A stretch of DNA of 64,000 nucleotides from Octopus sinensis (Eukaryota), in NCBI RefSeq assembly GCF_006345805.1, contig NC_043014.1, positions 33,604,001-33,668,000 on the forward strand, read 5' to 3'. The position numbers and the translations under genes are program-made. The notes under the pieces are model-generated. The model was not told the DNA's origin. It saw only the letters and a list, made by a program, of their open reading frames with translations, and made no database searches. This document shows, in pieces, positions 1-12,104 of this stretch. Within the stretch, counting starts at the first letter, position 1, and each line of letters begins with the position of its first letter.

Positions 1-154
1 AATTCAAATCATGTAACCAGCAACTCAATCAAATACATCCTGGATTGTTTTTAACGAATGGCTTGTAATCACTTAACTTTTTATTTATATATCTAATTCA
101 TTGAAACCAAGCTACATTACTTTAATTTTACTTCCAATATATTTTAATACTTTT

Positions 155-264
<110 letters not shown>

Positions 265-298
265 AAAGGTGTGTATATACGTACATATATATATAATA

Positions 299-343
<45 letters not shown>

Positions 344-391
344 TGAATATATGTACACACACACACAAACATACATTATATACATACTATA

Positions 392-862
392 TTGGGTCAT
401 CCCATAAATAATGCGGTTTTTTCAATTGCACGAACTAAAAGTCGGATGGGGACGGGATAAACTACCTGCATCAACTTGCTATAAAAGCAGGTACTTATTC
501 TTAGTGCAAGTTTCGAAGAATGCAGTTCGATTTTAACAGTTATTTTTTCAAAGCTATAATGGAAGTGACAAAGGAGCATATTCGGCATATTTTGCTTTGT
601 GAGTTCAATAAAGGGAACAACACAACGGAAACTGCGAGGAATATTAATGCAGTATATGGGGATCGAACACTAAGCGTAAGCTAGTGTCAACAGTGGTTCC
701 AGAAATTCCGAGCTGGAAACTACAGCCTAGAAGGCGATCCTCGTCCTGGAAGATCTGTAGAGCTTGACGAGGACGTCCTGCAAACCCTGGTGAGACAAAA
801 TCCATCGTAATTGTTGAGGAACTATCAGAGAAGCTTGGATTTGGTCATTCAAACAGTCATTC
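392..862 (+). mobile_element. Tc1/mariner element, left TIR plus 5' transposase fragment (pseudogene)
   Basis: TA at 390-391 followed by TTGGGTCATCCCATAAATAATGCGG. ATG at 559 reads MEVTKEHIRHILLCEFNKGNNTTETARNINAVYG..*CQQWFQKFRAGNYSLEGDPRPGRS, the mariner N-terminal HTH region with the WF..FR.G / RPGR motifs. It has an internal stop and is 3'-truncated. Confidence 0.88.
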
Positions 863-959
863 AAGTCAGCGCTAGAAGAAAAACGACCATCTTTGGTTTC
901 AAGACGAATGGTGTTCTTCCATCAGGATATATATCCATCTATCCATGTCTGTCTATTTA

Positions 960-1025
<66 letters not shown>

Positions 1026-1194
1026 ACAAATGTGTGTCTATGAATATATACATACATAAACATATGTATATATTCTTCTTCTTCTTATCATCATCATCAT
1101 CATCATCATCATCTCATCATCATCATCATCATCCTCATCCTCATCATCATCATTATCATCATTATTATTATTATTATCATTATTATTATTATTA

Positions 1195-1712
1195 TTGAGA
1201 GAGCATTGCATGCCATCAAAGTGACAGTGGGGGTAAATATAAGAAACCCATTAAACCCTACCCGTCTGATAAAGGGTTACCAGGCACAGGCATCACGACC
1301 ATATGTGTGCGACATGATCTCATATCAAGATAAACAGCGCATGACCTAACAAGTGGGGCCGAGTTCGAATTTTTTTCACGTCGAGTAGTCTATCCTTCTC
1401 AAAAGATCCCTGAATAAGGGTTGTTTAAGGATGTTGAGCGAAACAACCATGTTTCCAAAGGGGAATTAGCCAAACCCCAAAGAATCCCTCCCCAGTACTT
1501 CTGCTCGTGATCAGAGATGCACATATCGTCAGCCACTAAGGGACATGGTCAAATGGTTAAGGTCAAACAACTGACAAGCAAATTTGTGGTATTGAGCAGA
1601 ATATTTGCTGTAGCCCATCTTTTATACCAAGACAAAACAATGTACATGATAACACTTCCAATCAGTTAAGGTCAGAAGCCACAAGAGTCACTGTCAGGTA
1701 CTGCATCAGGGC
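1195..1712 (-). mobile_element. Unclassified interspersed retroposon-like repeat
   Basis: Homologous to 62345-62743 (shared CTTCTGCTCGTGATCAGAGAT...GGTACTGCATCAGGG). Both copies abut a trinucleotide (TAT/CAT/TAC)n tract at the same end, consistent with a simple-repeat 3' tail. Confidence 0.6.
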
Positions 1713-1715
1713 AAA

Positions 1716-1746
<31 letters not shown>

Positions 1747-1893
1747 TGTATGTATGTATGTATGTATGCATGTATGTATGTGTGTATGCATGTATGTGTG
1801 TATGTATGTACGTACGTATGTATGTATCTAACTATCTGTCTGTTTACCTATCTGTTTATCGGTCTATTTGTCTGTCTGTCTCTGTCTGTCTCT

Positions 1894-1953
1894 GTTGCTT
1901 AACTTCGGTGATCGGACGAGAACCGGTGCTTTCAACGTGATATGGCCGTAAGC
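1894..1953 (-). pseudogene. 5S rRNA 5' half (about nt 1-60), 3'-truncated copy
   Basis: Reverse complement GCTTACGGCCATATCACGTTGAAAGCACCGGTTCTCGTCCGATCACCGAAGTTAAGCAAC matches the invertebrate 5S rRNA 5' domain, then breaks into a (GACA)n microsatellite. Confidence 0.85.
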
Positions 1954-2326
1954 ATCAGAGTGCTAAATTTTAATATATTCATTCTATAAACTGATACTAA
2001 AACTTCTTATTTTAGAATAAGTTTATCCTCTTTAAAATTAATATTTTTTTACGTTCGTTAACAACACATTATTTAACATATACTACAATTTTTTTTCATT
2101 TTCCTGACCGAGTCCTAAACTAAAGATTAATAACGCGAGATGTGAAATGTTTTCTGGTACAGATCAACGTGAAAGGAACGTAGTTGCTTGACTTGCTGGT
2201 GTCTAATGTGTTGTAGGTAACTAAAAACTCATATGACCGTAACAATGAGAAGGAAAATAGGAAAATTTCATAAGCCTTAATAAATACCATACTGAATCTG
2301 AATATATATATGTGTGTGTGTGTAGA

Positions 2327-2537
2327 AGGCAGTGAGTGGGCAGAATCGTTAACATGCTGGCCAATATGCCAAGTAGTTCGTCTATCTTTACGGACTGAGT
2401 TCAATTTACGCTAAGGTCGACTTTACCTTTCGTCCTTTCGGGGTCGATAAAACGAATACCAGTTGAACACTGGGGTCGATGTAATCGACATACCCCCTCT
2501 CCCGAAATTGCTGGCCTTGTACCAAAATTTGGAACCT
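2327..2537 (+). mobile_element. tRNA-derived SINE family A (diverged monomer)
   Basis: Contains the family core GGTCGACTTTACCTTTCGTCCTTTCGGGGTCGAT...CTGGGGTCGATGTAATCGAC, which recurs many times in the window. Confidence 0.75.
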
Positions 2538-2889
2538 ATATATATATATATATATATATGCATAACTGTATGTATGTGTATATTTACGAGCATATATGTG
2601 TCTGCACTCGCTTGTGCGTATTTGGAGAAATAAACAGGAGAAATAGAGCTCGATACATTTTATTTCCACTCATGGAAATAAAATTATTCTCATAATCAAT
2701 GGAGAGCAGAATCCTCCGGGGAAACCAGCGCATCTAAATAGTGAAACTGCAATACAAGCAGTGGAGCCCCAAATTATATTGTACTAAATTTGCTCCCATC
2801 CTAGCCTTGTCAATCCTAAATATTGCCATTTCAACATCCTAGGATACTCAATGATTTTGGTTTTACCACCAGAAGAATAAATAAACAGA

Positions 2890-3290
2890 TTATGAGTGAC
2901 GCACTTGCAATATTTGACCCTTAGTAAATAATATTCTTCAAGATGCAGTCCAGCAACAGATAATGTTTACTCTTGGGATTCATAGACTGACAATGCAAAG
3001 CTTTGGTGTTCTGGGAATTGAAGCCTCCCAAATCGAAGGGGAGTATCAGTTGGTATGAATTGAAATTACGTACATAACTGCACCCTCTCTTTTGGTACAC
3101 CTGGGGAAATTAGTAGTTTTGGTGACATGTAGTATAACTTCTTAATCATTTTCTTTGTGCCAGTGCATAGCCGTGGTTGATCTAAATTATGCAGCTGCAT
3201 ATTTGAGGATTTTCATTTTTAGCTAAAATCTGTATGCAGTAGACCTGAATATTCCAATGAATTTTTAAATTTTGAAGAATAGGGAACAAT
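2890..3290 (-). pseudogene. Decayed Helitron RepHel PIF1-like helicase, C-terminal region
   Basis: Minus-strand translation NSLEYSGL...HNLDQPRLCTGTK..IKKL...IPTDTPLRFGRLQFP...SFALSV.ESQE*TLSVAGLHLEE matches the Helitron/PIF1 motifs NLDxPRLCNGTR, RLQFP and FAMSINKSQGQTL. Several stops are present. Confidence 0.82.
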
Positions 3291-3534
3291 TCTTTAATCC
3301 GCAAGCATTATCTGTTGAATTGCAGGTATGAATATCTGTCTAAAATATCTGTTACAGAGATCAAATATTTCATCTCTGTATCAGAATACAATACAGTGTT
3401 CCACTCATGATCTCTTGCAGTTAAGCATCCAAATGCATTTGGAATACCCAATACTAAATGCCAATTAACTGCAATGGTGAAACTTACGTAGGACAAAATA
3501 ATTGTAATGAGGTTTATCTTAATTTCCACTACAC

Positions 3535-3583
3535 ACACTCTCTCTCTCTCTCTCCCTCTTTCTCTCTCTCACACACACATAAA

Positions 3584-3668
<85 letters not shown>

Positions 3669-3685
3669 GTCTGTCTGCTTGTTTG

Positions 3686-3763
<78 letters not shown>

Positions 3764-3820
3764 CATCCATCCATCCATCCATCCATCCATCCATCCATCC
3801 ATCCATCCATCCATCCATCC

Positions 3821-3907
<87 letters not shown>

Positions 3908-3965
3908 CCATCCATCCATCCATCCATCCATCCATCCATCCATCCATCCATCCATCCATCCATCC

Positions 3966-4049
<84 letters not shown>

Positions 4050-4060
4050 GTCCATATATA
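3535..4060. repeat. Compound microsatellite (CT)n-(TATC)n-(CATC)n-(TA)n
   Basis: Visible directly in the sequence; source of the SIYL/SIHP pseudo-ORFs. Confidence 0.97.
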
Positions 4061-4065
4061 TATAT

Positions 4066-4468
4066 TGGCTGTGTGGTAAGTAGCTTGCTTACCAACCACA
4101 TGGTTCCGGGTTCAGTCCGACTGCGTGGCACCTTGGGCAAGTGTCTTCTACTATAGCCTCGGGCCGACCAAAGCCTTGTGAATGGATTTGGTAGACGCAA
4201 ACTGAAAGAAGCCCGTCATATATATGTATATATATATATATATATGTGTATGTGTCTGTGTGTCTGTGTTTGTTCCCCCAACATCGCTTGACAACCGATG
4301 CTGATGTGTTTACGTCAACGTTACTTAGCGGTTCGGCAAAAGAAACCGATAGAATAAGTACTAGGCTTACAAAGAATAAGTCCTGGGGTCGATTTGCTCG
4401 ACTAAAAGGGCGGTGCTTCAGCATGGCCGCAGTCAAATGACTGAAACAAGTAAAAGAGTAAAAGAGTA
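4066..4468 (+). mobile_element. tRNA-derived SINE family B
   Basis: Head TGGCTGTGTGGTAAG...GGTTCAGTCC (A/B-box-like), then CCTTGGGCAAG, an internal (TA/TG)n tract and an (AAAAGAGT)n tail. Homologous copies at 18824, 21165, 22922 and 39640. Confidence 0.85.
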
Positions 4469-4935
4469 TGCACACACACACACACACACATATATATATT
4501 TGATGGTGTTTGCATATTAGTATCTTCAAAGATCAGGCCTGAAATTAATGAGTCCCAACAAGCAATCCATTGTAAAGACAAAAAATAAACAAGATAAAAT
4601 AAAATAAACAACATTCAATGCAGTTTTGCTTCTTAACGAAGTTTTTAAAGCCTCTTTCCTTTATGTTCCCCCCCTCCCCCATCCGCCTCCGCACGCTACC
4701 ACCATTGACCCAAGAGATGTTTATCAACGCTGCTCTCAAATAAAGCACAGAGAGTCCAAATGTGTTAAAAAGTAATAGTAATACGTATATTTAAACATAA
4801 AACAAACCCAGATATGATTGAAGCTGACATGTTATGGCTTCTTTGAACAAAGGTAAAAACCTGGAAAAATACCCCCAAATCGTTTTATTATTTTTGTTGT
4901 TGCTTTTGTTGATGTTTATGTGGTTGTTCTTCCTT

Positions 4936-5012
<77 letters not shown>

Positions 5013-5146
5013 GATACTATTACTGCTACTAATATGGCAGCCATTGTTAATATTCTAGCCGTTATCATTGTTGTTATTATTTGAATAATATTTCTGCTAC
5101 TGTTGTTGCTGCTGTGTTGTTGTTGTTGTTATTATTATTATTATTA

Positions 5147-5190
<44 letters not shown>

Positions 5191-5675
5191 GCCTGCATTC
5201 TTTGAGATTGCGCCACCTCCTCCCCCCCCCCCACCGCCCTCATCGGAAATTCATTGAGTTCTCTTTTTACATTATTAGTCGTATTAGACGCCCAGCAATC
5301 TAAAGTCGCGTGAAATGTTGATTTAGCATCTACTAAGTTAGAAAATGAGAAAATAACATAGTAACAACAACAACAACAACAACAACAACAAAAATGAATA
5401 AAAAGCAAAACAAAAAAACAAAACAAACAGAAATACAAACGCAACAACAACAACAACAACAACAACACAAACAACAACAGCAACAACAAAAATAAAATAA
5501 AATAAAATAAAATATAAACTGTAGCGGCAATGAGTAAATGTTCGGTGGAAGTGAAGAATTTAGCTCCTATGGGAAAGTGAGCTATCCAAACAACAACAAA
5601 AAGAGAGAGATCTTTTAAACTTTTCTTCTTCACTTCCGTAAGCAGCAGTATTACAGCAGCTGGTATTGCCAGTTC

Positions 5676-5680
<5 letters not shown>

Positions 5681-5724
<44 letters not shown>

Positions 5725-6253
5725 ACATACATTCATACATACATACATACATACATACATACATAAATACATACATAAATACATACATACATACATACAT
5801 AATACATACATACATAAATACATACATACATTACATACATACATACATACATACATACATCATACATACACATACATACATACATACATACATACATAAA
5901 TACATACATAAATACATACATACATAACATACATAATACATACATACATAAATACATAAATACATACATACATACATACATACATAAATACATACATACA
6001 TACATACATACATAACTACATACTTACATACATACATAAATACATACATACATACATACACACATACATACATACATACATAACATACATACATATATAC
6101 ATACATAAATACATACATACATACATAAATACATACATACATATATACATACATACATACACACATACATACATACATAAATACATACATACACACATAC
6201 ATACATACATACATACATACATACGTACGTACGTACATACATACAAACATATA

Positions 6254-6287
<34 letters not shown>

Positions 6288-6420
6288 CATACATACATAC
6301 ATACGTACGTACGTACATACATACAAACATATATGCATACATACATACATACATACATACATACATACATACATACATACATACATACATACGTACGTAC
6401 TTCTGTATATTCATAAATAT
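5681..6420. repeat. (CA)n-(TACA)n microsatellite
   Basis: Visible directly in the sequence; source of the MYVC pseudo-ORFs. Confidence 0.97.
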
Positions 6421-6664
6421 AAACGTACACATGCATGTGTAAGTGTGAGTGAGTGTGTGTGTGTGTTGTGTGTGTGTGTGTGTGTGTGTACATATACATA
6501 TCTGTCAATATACACATATACACATCTGTACATATATAATTATACACACTCACACGCACAGACGCAGAACAAGACACACACACACACACACATATCTACA
6601 TACATAAATACATATATACACACATGAATTTGTTTATATATACATGGACACACAAACATATATG

Positions 6665-6700
<36 letters not shown>

Positions 6701-7257
6701 TGTATGTATGTATGTATGTATGTATGTGTCTATGTATGTATGTATGTATGTATGTATGTATGTATGCGTATATGTGTGTACCTTTGCGTATTTCTAAGTA
6801 TCTGTGAAAATATGAATCATGCCTAAGTACCCGTTCACGTGCATATCTCTCTACACGCATGTGTCTATGTCTGTGCATATAGGTGTGTGTGTTTGTGCGT
6901 GCGTGCACGCACACGTGTGTATATATTTCTGGAATATGGAGCAGCAGACTTTTATTGTTGTATCGGGACACGCTTGCAACCGTTTTTGGGAGCTTTATTA
7001 GAGAAACTATGTCGTTCGTTAGTAGATCTGGTTGCTAATAAATACACCCCTTCTTCGTAGAAGGCAGCTATTTAAACATCTAGTACTTATGTATATGTGC
7101 GTAACAAACACTACAATACCGGTGGTAAACTCTTGTTTCTGGGGATGCTGTATCATTGCACTTCACGTCGGAGTTTAGACACATGGTTCGGCCCAAGATC
7201 TCATTGTATCTATGTATTTTCAGTATGTCCCTTTTCCCTTGACATCTTCTTACCGAT

Positions 7258-7290
<33 letters not shown>

Positions 7291-7313
7291 CACACACACA
7301 CACACACACACAC

Positions 7314-7357
<44 letters not shown>

Positions 7358-7363
<6 letters not shown>

Positions 7364-7783
7364 TAAAAAATGGAGTTAACGCAGGTGTAATCAAATATTT
7401 TTACTTTCGACACATGTTTCGAAAATTCCACTGATATAGTGTATATAAGTAGTCTCTATCATTATATATAATTTAAACTTTAATTTCCTTTATATTTAAC
7501 ATTCACTATTAATATCCTTACTCTTTCTGTTAGCTACTTATGACGTTATATCATATAACGTTTTTTTTAAACAATATTAATAGCGTTCTGTCTATCGCTA
7601 TACGAATCCATCATTTTTTGCTAAAATGTCTTATTGACGAGTTTCGTTTTTTTCACTTTCCTGAGGAGAAGATTGCATTGTTTATACCATTTATTCTTTT
7701 GAATAATATCAGTGGAATTTTTGAAACGTGTCGAAAGTAAAAATATTTGATTACACCTGCGTTAACTCCATTTTTTATTCATA
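7358..7783. mobile_element. Penelope-like pseudo-LTR with inverted partial copy
   Basis: About 80-bp inverted arms at 7358-7438 and 7706-7783. The right arm overlaps a hammerhead motif and lies next to a GIY-YIG frame. Confidence 0.65.
7651..7743 (+). ncRNA. Minimal type-I hammerhead ribozyme, canonical core
   Basis: Stem I ACTTTC(7655-60)/GAAAGT(7733-38), extended by TTT/AAA. CTGAGGA at 7661-67, stem II GAAGATT/AATTTTT, GAAA at 7723-26, tiny stem III, GUC triplet at 7730-32. Confidence 0.72.
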
Positions 7784-7914
7784 TTATTCAAAATATTCAA
7801 CGTAAACACGAAGTTTAACCTTTATAAACAAGGAATTACAACACCTTTACTTGTGAGATTTTTGCTGCCCTGGTAACTATATTTTTTTTCCGTGTTAATT
7901 ATTAACAAGGTAAA

Positions 7915-8232
7915 AACACACAAATCTATATATACTCCTTCACCTGCACCTCCAGCAATATTATCTATTGCGTCTCTTGCTCTCTCTGCAATTCCTTGTA
8001 CATCGGACAAACGGGACGCCGCTTGGCTGACCGGTTCGCGGAACACCTTCGTGACATCCACCTTGCGAACGACACACCGGTCTCACGCCATTTCCGCTCC
8101 ACCGGTCACTCCTTGCAACACCTATCTGTGTTCGGTTTGTCCTTACACAGAGGCCATCCGGATTCCCGTTTGCGCCGTGAACAGGAATTAATCTTCTCTC
8201 TTCGCTCTTATACGCCATTTGGTCTCAACTCT
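7915..8232 (+). CDS. Penelope-type GIY-YIG endonuclease domain (partial, uninterrupted)
   Basis: SFTCTSSNIIYCVSCSLCNSLYIGQTGRRLADRFAEHLRD...VSRHF...H...REQELIFSL..YTPFGLN shows the IY...YIG, R.F.EH and E...I motifs plus the CCHH residues typical of PLE endonucleases. No ATG start; it is a fragment. Confidence 0.88.
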
Positions 8233-8816
8233 CCCCCCTCCTCATCTAACCCCCCTCTCCCCCCTCCTCACCTATTCTTTTCCCCCCGACCCCTACTTAT
8301 TCAGTCCTTCATCCTTTCACCCCTACTCCCCTTCCCTTCTTCCCCCTCCCTCCTTCCCTCTTCCCCTTCCCTCTGCTCCCTCACTCCCCTTCTCTCTTCC
8401 CCTCCACCTCTTTCCTCCTCCTTCCTCCCCTTCCTTCTCCCCCTCCTCTCCTATTCCCCACTCTCCCCCCTCTTCTTCTCTCCCCCCCTTCTTCTCCCCC
8501 TCTTCTCTCCCCCCTTTCTCCCCTCCCCCTCTTCTCCTCACTACACACACACGACTTCACACATCACATCATATATGATGTGCCATACTAATACATACAC
8601 CACTAATACATACTAATACGTACTAATACATACTAATACATACACCAACCCTATACATACACACGTCCAGACCTCATACGCACTTATACTCTCTCATACC
8701 ACACACACACACACTTATACATACAATACGTACTAATACATACTAATACATACTAATACATACACCAACCCCATACATACGCCTGTCCAGACCTATCCTA
8801 CGCACTAATACTCTCT

Positions 8817-8869
<53 letters not shown>

Positions 8870-9103
8870 ATACATACTAATACATACACCAACCCTATAC
8901 ATACACACGTCCAGACCCCTCCTACGCACTAATAGGTGGTCATTCAACCCTGTTATCAACCCTATTATCTCCCCTTATTTCGCTCTCGCGTCTCATGTTT
9001 GATCTTTGACTTCTGGCCGAAATCAGATCGCCATGTTGATTCGTTAGTTACTGCACGCATTTTTTTCTCTCCTTCTTTCTGTTTTTTTTTTTCTCTCTGT
9101 GTA

Positions 9104-9141
9104 TCTTTCTGTTGAAGAGCGTAGGCTCGAAACGTTAAAGA
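9104..9141 (+). ncRNA. Hammerhead-like motif with variant core CUGUUGA
   Basis: TCTTT-CTGTTGA-A-GAGC GTAG GCTC-GAAA-CGTT-AAAGA: stem I TCTTT/AAAGA, stem II GAGC/GCTC, palindromic AACGTT stem III, GUU triplet. Confidence 0.6.
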
Positions 9142-9522
9142 CTTGTTTTTTTTATATTTCCTGAGCGCCATACTAATACAATTGTTTGTTTGTTTTCCAC
9201 CTGCTTCGTCTTTTGTCTATTTTCATAAGCTCCCGTTATATATATATATATAAGTATATAGTTATATATATATATATATATATATAATAATATATATATG
9301 ATATAATATATATATAGAGAAGTACTGGTGTAATTGAGACCCAAGGTGTCGGTAATGCTGAATAAATGTTATAGATATACCAGAATTAAGTTCCAGGTTC
9401 GGTGATTATGCGAATAAGGGGTTCAACGTTGGTCATATGTCAGCGTGTGTATATAAAAGTTTTTTCCGTAATGAGATAAAAAACCAAGGCTGTGTAGATT
9501 TTAGAACATTTATAGATAGAAG

Positions 9523-9570
9523 GTCTTACAGCTGTTTCCAGGATATTTATATTATCCCTTCATTGGAGAC
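9523..9570 (-). ncRNA. Hammerhead-like motif with variant core CCAAUGA
   Basis: Minus strand GTCT-CCAATGA-A-GGGATA ATATAAA TATCCT-G-GAAA-CAGCTGTA-AGAC: stem I GTCT/AGAC, palindromic ACAGCTGT stem III, GUA triplet. Confidence 0.5.
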
Positions 9571-10467
9571 GATTGAATAATTGTAACATATTATTTTAGA
9601 GATACTATGTATATATATATATATATAATATATAGATATGTATGTTGTATGTATGTATATATGTATTATATATATATTATATTATCTATATATATATATA
9701 TATATATATTAGCAATCTACCCGCTGTATTCCAAGTTGGAAAGTATTTCCTCCAAGCACTTCATTTTTCAAGATATTTTAGCAATTGAAGACTTTCAAGA
9801 ATGACAGCAATTAATTTTATGTTCCATTATAGATTATACTTATAATAATTCTGCTTATCATTGCGTTACTTAAGTCGTCGGTAACGCTTCCACGTGATTA
9901 GAGAAAAAGAGGGAGAAAGAAAAAGGAGAGAGAAAAAGAGGGAGAAAGAAAAAGAAGGAGAAAGAAGCGTCCATGAGTGAGGTAGGGAGAATGTAATATT
10001 TATCACGTGGTTATCAAAGTTAGTCGAAGTTAGTGATATAGAGAGTTGGAGATATAATTTGAGATATAATTTTAGCAGAGGGGTGATATTCTGATGGCGA
10101 GGTTAAAGAAAGGTAGAAAGAGAGGAAGGGAGATAGAGACGAGGGATAGATAGGAGTGGAAATAGATAGGGGGAAAGAGAGATGATAGTGGTGGAAGTTG
10201 TGATGGTGGAGGTTGTGGTGGTGGAGGTGGCGGTGGTGATTGCATAGTGAAATGTGTAATTTTTAATTGAACAAATTTTTTTTATATCACCTATCACTTA
10301 ACGCATGCGCATATGCAAAATTCCGTGAAATATTCACGCTTATTTACGTGGTAGATATATGCAATTTAACCAAAGGTTGTGTAATATCTGCTGGATATAT
10401 TTTTACTATGGGAAGAATGGAAAAATAAGAGAGAATATTTATTTTATGAGTGCTGTGTATTAAGTCT

Positions 10468-10790
10468 GTGGAGGCGCAATGGCCCAGTGGTTAGGGCAGC
10501 GGACTCACGGTCGGACGATCGCGGTTTCGATTCCCAGACCGGGCGTTGTGTGTGTTTATTGAGCGAAAACACCTAAAATCTCCACAAGGCTCCGGCAGGG
10601 GGTGGGGGTGGGATTGGCGACCCCTGTTGTACTCTTTCACCACAACTTTCTCTCACTCTCTCTTCCTGTTTCTTGAGTAACGCTGCGATGGACTGGCGTC
10701 CCGTCCAGTTGGGGGGAACACATACGCCACAGAAACCGGGAAACCGGGCCCATGAGCCTGGCTAGGCTTGAAAAGGGTGAAAAGGAAAAG
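10468..10790 (+). mobile_element. tRNA-derived SINE family C, full length with 13-bp TSD
   Basis: A box TGGCCCAGTGG, B box GGTTTCGATTCC. TSD GTGTATTAAGTCT at 10455-67 and 10791-803. Confidence 0.9.
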
Positions 10791-10993
10791 GTGTATTAAG
10801 TCTATAAAATTGTGCATAAAGTATATAAATTGTATATTTAAAGTACATTAAGTATTCATCGCATTCCAATTTTTTCACTTTTCAATGAGTAGCAGATGAG
10901 CGACTTTCTTTCCATACAGATACAACACAGGTTACACTCTCAGGTTTTTTGGATAAAGTTTTCAGAAATAACCCAATACGTTTACCATTAATT

Positions 10994-11416
10994 ATCGCAA
11001 GGTGGCGAGCTGGCAGAAACGTTAGCACGCCGGGAGAAATGCTTAGCAGTATTTCGTCTGCCGCTACGTTCTGAGTTCAAATTCCGCCGAGGTCGACTTT
11101 GCCTTTCATCCTTTCGGGGTCGATTAAATAAGTACCAGTTACGCACTGCGGTCGATATAATCGACTTAATCCGTTTGCCTGTCCTTGTTTGTCCTCTCTG
11201 TGTTTAGCCCCTTGTGGGTAGTAAAGAAATAGATATTTCGTCTGTCTTTATGTTCTGAGTTCAAATTCCGCCGAGGTCGTTTTGCCTTTCATCCATTCGG
11301 GGTCGATAAATTAAGTTCCAGTTATGCACTGGGGTCGATGTAATCGACTTCATCCCTTTGTCTGTCCTTGTTTGTTCCCTCTATATTTAGCCCCTTGTGG
11401 GCAATAAAGAAATAAG
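10994..11416 (+). mobile_element. SINE family A dimer with 14-bp TSD
   Basis: tRNA-like head GGTGGCGAGCTGGCAGAAACG...GAGTTCAAATTCCGCC followed by a second headless monomer. TSD GTTTACCATTAATT at 10980-93 and 11417-30. Confidence 0.88.
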
Positions 11417-11939
11417 GTTTACCATTAATTCCGTGAAATATTCACGGGTCCCGCTAGTTTACGTAATCCTATATTCTTATTTAATAAGATTCAATTAGAT
11501 TTATGTTATTCACACAATGCATACGATAGATTATTGTACACCTTATTAGAAAACATGAAAGATAACTTTCCAAGAGAACTGCAGGGGCGTACCATTTATC
11601 CGAATATGTTTTTATGAAAAACAATTCTGGGCCTTTTCTAGATACTTTCCACCTGTTTAGAATAAGGATAAATTCTGTGTATTAAAAGTTGGTTTTCATT
11701 CTCCCGGTTGATGTCTATTTGTGTCAGTATAGATAGCTATCCCATGACAGTTGGAAGGACTAACTTGAGTATCAGAAAACTACCATTCTCTTATCTGCTA
11801 GATTTAGCAAGAATTTACCGTCTTTTATTTTCAATATTAATAAATAGCAAGGATAATTATATAAGTGAACGTCAAATTCGATGTTCATAAGATATTTTGT
11901 GTTTGTTTGTATGTATATATGTGTATGCATATGCATACA

Positions 11940-11990
<51 letters not shown>

Positions 11991-12073
11991 GCATGCATGC
12001 ATATATGTATGTATGTATGTATGCTTATATACATAGAAATATGAGTATATATATGCATGTATGCAATGTATGC

Positions 12074-12104
<31 letters not shown>

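Larger units (their letters stand above)
7915..9245 (+). mobile_element. Penelope-like element, 5'-truncated (GIY-YIG end plus 3' pseudo-LTR)
   Basis: GIY-YIG frame followed by a CT-rich tract, a roughly 120-bp tandem repeat (8590-8940) and a pLTR shared with 50365-51085 and 42540-42680. Confidence 0.8.

Noticed and set aside
11560-11880. Minus-strand LILKIKDGKFLLNLADKR, resembling a Penelope RT thumb
   Set aside because: Too short and degenerate to call.
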